Source: an uncultured Clostridium sp. (GTDB lineage Bacteria; Bacillota; Clostridia; Clostridiales; Clostridiaceae). From it: DNA of 64,000 nucleotides. Below are positions 58,426-64,000 of this stretch, piece by piece. The stretch spans positions 16,967-80,966 of the forward strand of contig CAKVFO010000001.1 in assembly GCA_934746785.1 (NCBI GenBank), written 5' to 3'. The notes under the pieces are model-generated. The model did no database searches, had not been told where the DNA came from, and saw only the letters and a list, made by a program, of their open reading frames with translations. Within the stretch, counting starts at the first letter, position 1. Each line of letters starts with the position of its first letter. A program made the position numbers and the translations under genes.

Positions 58426-59400
58426 TTATTTTAAATATACATTGAAAAATTCTTCTATCTTGTCAAATGGAATTACATCCAGTTTATCGTATAAATCTGT
58501 ATGTACTGCATTTGGAATTATCAGTAATTCTTTGTTATCTCCTTTTAGTTTCTTAAAGGCATCTTGACTAAAGTAAAGAGAATGTGCCTTTTCTCCATGA
58601 ATAAGAAGAACTGCATTACGTATTTCACTTGCATAGCAGTGAATTGGCATGTTAGCAAAGGATAGAGAAGATGTCATGTTCCATCCACCGTTAGAATTTA
58701 GACAGCGTGCGTGGTATCCACGTTTTGTTTTATAATAGTCAAAGTAATCTTTTAAGAAGAAAGGTGCATCTTCAGCTACTACGTCAGGGAGACCACCAGC
58801 AAGTACATAGTTTCCTTCTCTATAATCAACTGTACGTTGTGCATTTAATTGTTCTTTCATATGATATCTTTGATTTTCGTCCATAGAATCAAAGTATCCA
58901 TTTGCAGTTACACGACTCATATCATACATAGTAGAAGTAACTGTAGCCTTAATTCTAGTATCCATAGAAGCAGCATTTAGTGCCATACCACCCCAGCCAC
59001 ATATTCCAATAATACCGATTTTCTCAGGATCTACATTTTCTTGAACAGATAAGAAATCTACAGCAGCACTGAAATCTTCTGTATTGATATCTGGAGAAGC
59101 TACATATCTTGGTTCACCACCACTTTCTCCAGTATAAGATGGATCAAATGCAATAGTAATGAAACCACGTTCAGCCATTGTTTGAGCATAAAGACCAGAT
59201 GCCTGTTCTTTTACAGCACCAAAAGGTCCTGCAACTGCAAGTGCAGCAAGTTTACCTTCTACATTCTTTGGAACATACATATCTGCGGCTAATGTAATTC
59301 CATAGCGATTATGAAATGTAACTTTACTATGTGTTATTTTATCGCTTTTAGGAAATGTTTTATCCCATTCTTGTGTTAATTCAAGTTTCATATTTTTCAT
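58426..59400 (-). CDS. Alpha/beta hydrolase
   Basis: A nucleophile-elbow-like GICGWGG is present, with a C-terminal His region (PNAVHTDLY). The start is moved to ATG 59400, after an AGGAGGA RBS. Confidence 0.8.
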   Translation of the reverse strand: MKNMKLELTQEWDKTFPKSDKITHSKVTFHNRYGITLAADMYVPKNVEGKLAALAVAGPFGAVKEQASGLYAQTMAERGFITIAFDPSYTGESGGEPRYVASPDINTEDFSAAVDFLSVQENVDPEKIGIIGICGWGGMALNAASMDTRIKATVTSTMYDMSRVTANGYFDSMDENQRYHMKEQLNAQRTVDYREGNYVLAGGLPDVVAEDAPFFLKDYFDYYKTKRGYHARCLNSNGGWNMTSSLSFANMPIHCYASEIRNAVLLIHGEKAHSLYFSQDAFKKLKGDNKELLIIPNAVHTDLYDKLDVIPFDKIEEFFNVYLK

Positions 59401-59472
59401 TTCAATATCCTCCTGTTGTTTTAATTTATTTTGTTTTATAACGTAACCAGACACTTCCGCCATCCCTGACTT

Positions 59473-60057
59473 CTACGTGTTCAAGGAAAAACTTTTTGCT
59501 TTATTATCTGCTAATACTTTTTGTGCTGAAAATAGAGCTGGTGTATCTGTGCTTCCATCTGCTGATGCGGCAATAACAACACTAATTTCATCACACATTC
59601 CAGCCTGTATAAAAGACCAGTTCAACACACCACCGCCACCCAGCATTAAAGTGTGAATGTCAAATAGTTTATAAAGTTTTTCCATGGCAAGTGAATAATC
59701 TAGTTCATCTTTCCCAGCAATAATATAAGGGATTTCAAGTTTACGAAGAAATGCCTTATAAGAATTACTTGCTTTTTCTGTTAGTATTTCAATTACGTGA
59801 GCTGTTGTATCTACATAATGAAGAATATTACTTTTCCAGCCAAGCTTACCGGAAGGATCAACAGAAACATAATACATTGGTATATCTGATTTTATTATGA
59901 AATCTCCTTCTGGTACTTTATCTGAGTTTTCATCCAAAGTTGGTTTTTCATAAAATACATTTCCTGCTGCGTTTCCTTCAGGTGTTCCCATGTAATCTCC
60001 CATGATTTTCCCATCAAGAGATGTCATCATGTGGCAAAAGATATACGGTCTATTCAT
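59473..60057 (-). CDS. Dihydrofolate reductase-like (RibD C-terminal domain) family protein
   Basis: The N-terminus RPYIFCHMMTSLDGKI and the motif LMLGGGGVLNWSF are typical of the RibD_C family. Confidence 0.75.
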   Translation of the reverse strand: MNRPYIFCHMMTSLDGKIMGDYMGTPEGNAAGNVFYEKPTLDENSDKVPEGDFIIKSDIPMYYVSVDPSGKLGWKSNILHYVDTTAHVIEILTEKASNSYKAFLRKLEIPYIIAGKDELDYSLAMEKLYKLFDIHTLMLGGGGVLNWSFIQAGMCDEISVVIAASADGSTDTPALFSAQKVLADNKAKSFSLNT

Positions 60058-60199
60058 ATTCCATTCCTCCTGTTGACTATTGTTTGTTAAAGAAATATAA
60101 TTCCTCTATGCTACTATTAACTCTACAACTTAAAGTTAAGTTTAAGTCAATAGCTTTTGTTTATTCTTTTATAGTATTTTTCAGGAGGAAAATTTTATT

Positions 60200-60610
60200 A
60201 TGTTGTATACAGTAGGTGAAATGGCAAAATTATTAGATATTCCAGCGCCTACTTTGCGTTATTATGATAAAGAAGGGCTGCTCCCTTTTGTAGAACGCTC
60301 TTCTGGTGGAATCCGCATGTTTAAGGAACAGGATTATGAGTGGCTTAAAATCATTGAATGTATGAAAAAGGCTGGAATGCCTATAAAAGATATAAAAAGA
60401 TATATTGAACTAACAATTGAAGGGGATAAAACTATTCACGAGCGATTAGAGCTTTTTAAGAAGCAAAAACAATTATTAGAAACTAAGCTTAAATCTTTGC
60501 AGCATGCTTTGGAAGTTCTTGATTTTAAGTGCTGGTATTATGAAACAGCAGAAGAGGCAGGGACAGTTGATGTTCCGCAGAATATGTCATTAGAGGATTT
60601 AGCAAAATAA
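60200..60610 (+). CDS. MerR family transcriptional regulator
   Basis: YTVGEMAKLLDIPAPTLRYYDKEGLLPFVERSSGGIRMF is present, followed by a coiled coil. It is divergent from the reductase-like/hydrolase pair. Confidence 0.9.
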   Translation: MLYTVGEMAKLLDIPAPTLRYYDKEGLLPFVERSSGGIRMFKEQDYEWLKIIECMKKAGMPIKDIKRYIELTIEGDKTIHERLELFKKQKQLLETKLKSLQHALEVLDFKCWYYETAEEAGTVDVPQNMSLEDLAK

Positions 60611-60695
60611 ATTTAGGAATGCACATTTTCAGAGATTGAAGGTTATTCAAAAATAGAAATAGGCATAAAAATATTACTTCTATTCTCCAATTTTG

Positions 60696-60770
60696 CTTTT
60701 AGAACCTTTTGACAGGATGTAACAAAGTGGCTTCCTGCGCTAAAAAGCGTGGCGTCAGTCACTTTGTACT
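60696..60770 (+). repeat. Copy 3 of the ~75-nt GC-rich hairpin element
   Basis: CTTTTAGAACCTTTTGACAGGATGTAACAAAGTGGCTTCCTGCGCTAAAAAGCGTGGCGTCAGTCACTTTGTACT. Confidence 0.85.
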
Positions 60771-60894
60771 AACATTTTGAAGTCGGGAGAAATTTTTTAG
60801 AATTATATTGACATTTTTATAATTTTAATTTATATTGTACTTTAAGCGAAGACATATGACTTTTATAGAAATACATAAGCGAGTGGGGGATTAT

Positions 60895-62055
60895 ATGAAA
60901 AATATATCTTTAATAAGTAGAATAATATTTTTTCTTATAGTAGGCATAAGTATAGGTTTAGTTTGTTCTCAATTTGAACTGCTTATTCCTATAAAAATAC
61001 TTTCAACTTTTAGTTCATTATTTAAAAACTTTTTATCTTTTGTTATACCTTTAATTATTATTGGATTTATAGTGCCTGGCATAGCATCTCTTAAAGGTAA
61101 GTCTGGAAGGGGACTTTTTATTACAACTGCTATAGCATATACATCAACAATTTTTGCGGGATTGTTAGCATATATTGTGGGATCTAATATCTTACCAGGC
61201 TTAATAACAACTGGTAAGTCTTTAGAAGACTGCGCTTCAGAGGTAACACCTATGTTTACTGTAGATATTCCTCCAGTTATGCAAGTTATGTCAGCATTAG
61301 TTCTTGCATTTATTCTTGGAATAGGTTTATCAAGAATTAAAGATAGTGTCTTTTTAAAAGTTGTTGAAGAATTTAATGAAATTATATCAATGGTTGTTTC
61401 TAAAATTTTAATACCATTAGTTCCAGTTTATATTGGATGTATATTTGCACAGTTAAGTTATAGTGGTGAAATATTTAATACTCTTAAAACTTTTGGTATT
61501 GTATACATAATACTTTTAATTTTACAGATTATTTATTTAGTTATTCAATATTCAATAGCAGGAGCTATTCTTAAAAAGAATCCATTATCTTTATTAAAAA
61601 ATCAACTTCCAGCGTATATGACAGCTGTAGGAACACAATCGTCAGCAGCTACTATTCCTGTGAATTTAGAATGTGTAAAGAGTAATGGAGTAAGTGAAGA
61701 AGTTACAGATTTTGTTGTGCCATTATGTGCTACTATTCATTTAGCAGGAGATACTATAACTTTGGTTATTACTTCAATAGCAGTTATGTGCATGAATGGT
61801 CAAGTACCTTCTATAGTGGATTTTATACCATTTATTCTTATGCTTGGAGTTACGATGATAGCAGCACCAGGAGTACCAGGAGGCGGAGTTATGGCAGCTC
61901 TTGGACTTTTACAGGATATGTTTGGATTCGCAGAAGTTCAGCAATCATTAATGATTGCATTACATGCGGCACAAGATAGTTTTGGAACAGCAACAAATGT
62001 TACTGGTGATGGTGCAATAGCTATTTTAGTTGATAAAATTTTAAATAGAAAATAA
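60895..62055 (+). CDS. Dicarboxylate/amino acid:cation symporter (DAACS family; SstT-like serine/threonine transporter is plausible)
   Basis: GTQSSAATIPVNLECVKSNGVSEEVTDFVVPLCATIHLAGDTITLV matches the SstT/DAACS signature region. ATG 60895 follows a GTGGGGGA RBS. Confidence 0.8.
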   Translation: MKNISLISRIIFFLIVGISIGLVCSQFELLIPIKILSTFSSLFKNFLSFVIPLIIIGFIVPGIASLKGKSGRGLFITTAIAYTSTIFAGLLAYIVGSNILPGLITTGKSLEDCASEVTPMFTVDIPPVMQVMSALVLAFILGIGLSRIKDSVFLKVVEEFNEIISMVVSKILIPLVPVYIGCIFAQLSYSGEIFNTLKTFGIVYIILLILQIIYLVIQYSIAGAILKKNPLSLLKNQLPAYMTAVGTQSSAATIPVNLECVKSNGVSEEVTDFVVPLCATIHLAGDTITLVITSIAVMCMNGQVPSIVDFIPFILMLGVTMIAAPGVPGGGVMAALGLLQDMFGFAEVQQSLMIALHAAQDSFGTATNVTGDGAIAILVDKILNRK

Positions 62056-62095
62056 ATATTAAGGCAGGGTTAAAGATGTAAGAGAAATTAAACCA

Positions 62096-62333
62096 AAGGC
62101 GGCTTTTGCCAAAAAAGCTATGGCCATATTTGCAAAGGAAATGTCGTAACAAACATTGATTATAGAAGAAAGGATTTGCAGAAAGATGCATATATGAAGT
62201 GATAAAGAACTGTATGGATATGAATAAAGAAATAGTATTAAATGTTTTAAAAAGTAACACTAAAGCTTATAATCTTTATAATAAAATGGGATTTGAAGTT
62301 ATAGGAGAATTTGAAGAAGTAATATTTGAATAA
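62096..62333 (+). pseudogene. GNAT acetyltransferase remnant (C-terminal fragments only)
   Basis: KAAFAKKAMAIFAKEMS* is followed, in another frame, by NKEIVLNVLKSNTKAYNLYNKMGFEVIGEF..*, which contains the GNAT motif N..A..LY.K.GF. Confidence 0.55.
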
Positions 62334-62387
62334 TAGAAAAGCAGGATTATGTATAAATTATAGATACTTAATCCTGCCTTATCTATA

Positions 62388-62651
62388 TTATTTTTTCCAA
62401 CGTTTTAAAGTAGGAAAGAATGACTTCATCATATTTCTAGCTTCATCATCAGTCATTCCTTCATTACTTTCTGTCATATGAGGAATACAGAATTCAATTA
62501 ATTCATCCATTGATCCATTAAAGGTGAAGTTTCCATCTTTAAAACAGTACTTACAGTAATCTGTATTCTTAGTTCCATCAGCATTTAATCCATACATTTC
62601 ATCTGTGTCTCCCATTGGCATACCACAGCATTGACAAAAATTTTTATTCAT
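62388..62651 (-). CDS. Small zinc-ribbon domain protein
   Basis: MNKNFCQCCGMPMG....YCKYCF carries CxxC...CxxC. The start is moved to ATG 62651, after a GGAGGG RBS. Confidence 0.75.
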   Translation of the reverse strand: MNKNFCQCCGMPMGDTDEMYGLNADGTKNTDYCKYCFKDGNFTFNGSMDELIEFCIPHMTESNEGMTDDEARNMMKSFFPTLKRWKK

Positions 62652-62723
62652 GTTTAACCCTCCGAAATTCAATTTGCAGTTATTTACATTTATAGTGTAC
62701 CAAAGATACCTTGACACCTTGTG

Positions 62724-63620
62724 TCAGGTTTTATACTTTTGATAAATTTTTCTAGCTGCTTCTTTTAAAGTATTGCGCAATTCTTCAGGTTTTATAATTT
62801 CAACTTGAGTTCCAAAAGATAATAAATAACCTATAAGCCAATCATCTTCAGGCATTTCACTTGTAACAATCAGTCTGCCATCTTCACATTTTTCTATTTG
62901 GTTGTTTTCAAATTCATCATAAACACGATAAGCCATTTCTTTTGGGAAGGATAGAGTTATTTTTCTATAAGTTATATTAGGAGCTTCTTGTGATTTAGGA
63001 AATGAAAGTGGAGTAAAACTTTCATCTAAAAGTTCGAAGTTTATAATTCTATTGAATTTAAATATACGGAAGGTTTCTCTTTTGGTGCAGTAAGCTTTCA
63101 AGTACCATGCTCTTGATTTATATAAGAGTTTTAAGGGATATATTTTTCTTTCACATTCAAGTCCTTGTGTATTAACATATGTAATTAGTAATGCTCTATG
63201 ATTAATAACTGCATTCTTTAGTAATTCAAACTTTTCATTATCTTCAGTTTTAGGTCCCCAGCGTGAAAAGTCTACTTCATACCAATCTTCTGATTCAATA
63301 TTAAAAAGTGCAGATAGTTTTGTAAGCATATCTTTATTAAATGTACTTCCTATAAGAGATAAACTTTGTAATGCTGATAATATATCTTGTTTTTCTTTTT
63401 TAGATAGTAATGCCTTGTTTAGAACAAAGTCATCCATTAAATGAATACCGCCAGTTCGTCCTGTTGTAACATAGATTGGAATTCCAGCACTGCTTATAGT
63501 ATCAATATCTCTATAGATTGTGCGGACAGATACCTCAAGTTCTTTTGCTAGTTCTGGTGCAGTAGCACTGCCTTTATCTAATAAATAGTAAAGAATTTTA
63601 AATAGTCTGCTTTCTTTCAT
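62724..63620 (-). CDS. YafY-type transcriptional regulator (HTH + WYL + WCX domains)
   Basis: The N-terminal HTH LFKILYYLLDKGSATAPELAKELEVSVRTIYRDI is present, with a central WYL-like RAWYLKAYC. Confidence 0.85.
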   Translation of the reverse strand: MKESRLFKILYYLLDKGSATAPELAKELEVSVRTIYRDIDTISSAGIPIYVTTGRTGGIHLMDDFVLNKALLSKKEKQDILSALQSLSLIGSTFNKDMLTKLSALFNIESEDWYEVDFSRWGPKTEDNEKFELLKNAVINHRALLITYVNTQGLECERKIYPLKLLYKSRAWYLKAYCTKRETFRIFKFNRIINFELLDESFTPLSFPKSQEAPNITYRKITLSFPKEMAYRVYDEFENNQIEKCEDGRLIVTSEMPEDDWLIGYLLSFGTQVEIIKPEELRNTLKEAARKIYQKYKT

Positions 63621-63720
63621 TAAATCATCTCCCTAGAGACAATTATAATAAAAATTATAAGTTACAAATCATAAATTGGGATATAATTTAAAAAGAAATA
63701 TAATTTGTAAGGAGTAAGTT

Positions 63721-64000
63721 ATGAATAAAATTAATTATCAAAAACAATTAGATAAAGTTATAGATAGTCTTCAAAGTAAAAATGAAGTACCTAAGTTATT
63801 ACTTCATAGTTGTTGTGCACCTTGTAGCAGTTATGTTTTAGAATATTTATCAAATTATTTTAAGATAACAGTTCTATATTATAATCCCAATATTTATCCA
63901 AAAGAAGAATATGAAAAGAGACTAAAGGAGCAAAGAGGATTAATAAAAGATATGGTCTTTACGCATAAAGTTAATATTATAGAAGGTAAATATAATAGCG
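63721..64000 (+). CDS. queH: Epoxyqueuosine reductase QueH (DUF208), 5' part only, cut by the window end
   Basis: The LLLHSCCAPCSSYVLEYL motif is characteristic of QueH. An AAGGAG RBS lies upstream. Confidence 0.8.
   Translation, partial: MNKINYQKQLDKVIDSLQSKNEVPKLLLHSCCAPCSSYVLEYLSNYFKITVLYYNPNIYPKEEYEKRLKEQRGLIKDMVFTHKVNIIEGKYNS

Noticed and set aside
59461-59475. The RibD_C-like ORF and the upstream extension of the hydrolase ORF share a frame and are separated by a single TAG. This was considered as a possible nonsense-split fusion.
   Set aside because: The hydrolase has its own strong RBS and ATG at 59400. The 21-codon extension is just the open frame upstream of the real start, and read-through would give an implausible fusion.
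1-64000. A search by eye for CRISPR arrays, cas genes, restriction-modification genes, toxin-antitoxin pairs, retron or reverse-transcriptase genes, integrases, intact IS elements, tRNA and rRNA.
   Set aside because: None found. The only regularly spaced repeats are the 64-nt glmS-leader triplication, which has no spacers, and short direct repeats. The only mobile-element trace is the TnsD-like remnant.

Overview
The window is a low-GC Firmicutes chromosome segment. Gene content and order look like Clostridium sensu stricto: sleB-like, cdaA, cdaR, FAD protein, ptb, buk, then glmM, a T-box-controlled ilv/leu operon, and glmS with its ribozyme. Most of it is ordinary, densely packed housekeeping or sensory DNA.

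Gene content in order:
- Three OmpR-type two-component systems (one decayed) and two chemoreceptors.
- Class I ribonucleotide reductase, ptsI, an ABC-2 exporter, a split chromate-transporter pair and isoaspartyl dipeptidase.
- The c-di-AMP module, butyrate genes, glmM, and ilvN-cimA-leuCDB-ilvD-ilvB.
- A MarR regulator with a heterodimeric ABC exporter, then glmS.
- An accessory tail: DUF1697, a hydrolase, a RibD_C-like protein, MerR, a symporter, WYL, and queH cut by the window end.

I saw no CRISPR array, cas genes, rRNA, tRNA, intact transposase, reverse transcriptase or recognisable phage-defence operon.

Observations worth follow-up:
1. A ~75-nt GC-rich hairpin element occurs three times on the + strand. 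It is intergenic each time, and I cannot assign it to a known RNA or repeat class. Two copies sit just upstream of amino-acid-related genes.
2. The glmS ribozyme carries a ~230-nt insertion between its cleavage-site strand and its core. The insertion includes a 64-nt unit repeated three times in tandem, and the first two copies are identical.
3. A frameshifted TnsD/TniQ-like remnant lies directly downstream of glmS, the classical attTn7 position. It is followed by an uncharacterised membrane-protein and ABC cluster, which includes a 54-aa ORF missing from the ORF track.
4. An orphan, disrupted double-glycine-leader bacteriocin-like gene.
5. A T-box whose specifier reads as AUC (Ile), in front of an operon with a citramalate-synthase-type enzyme.

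All family assignments come from motif recognition by eye. No searches were run.
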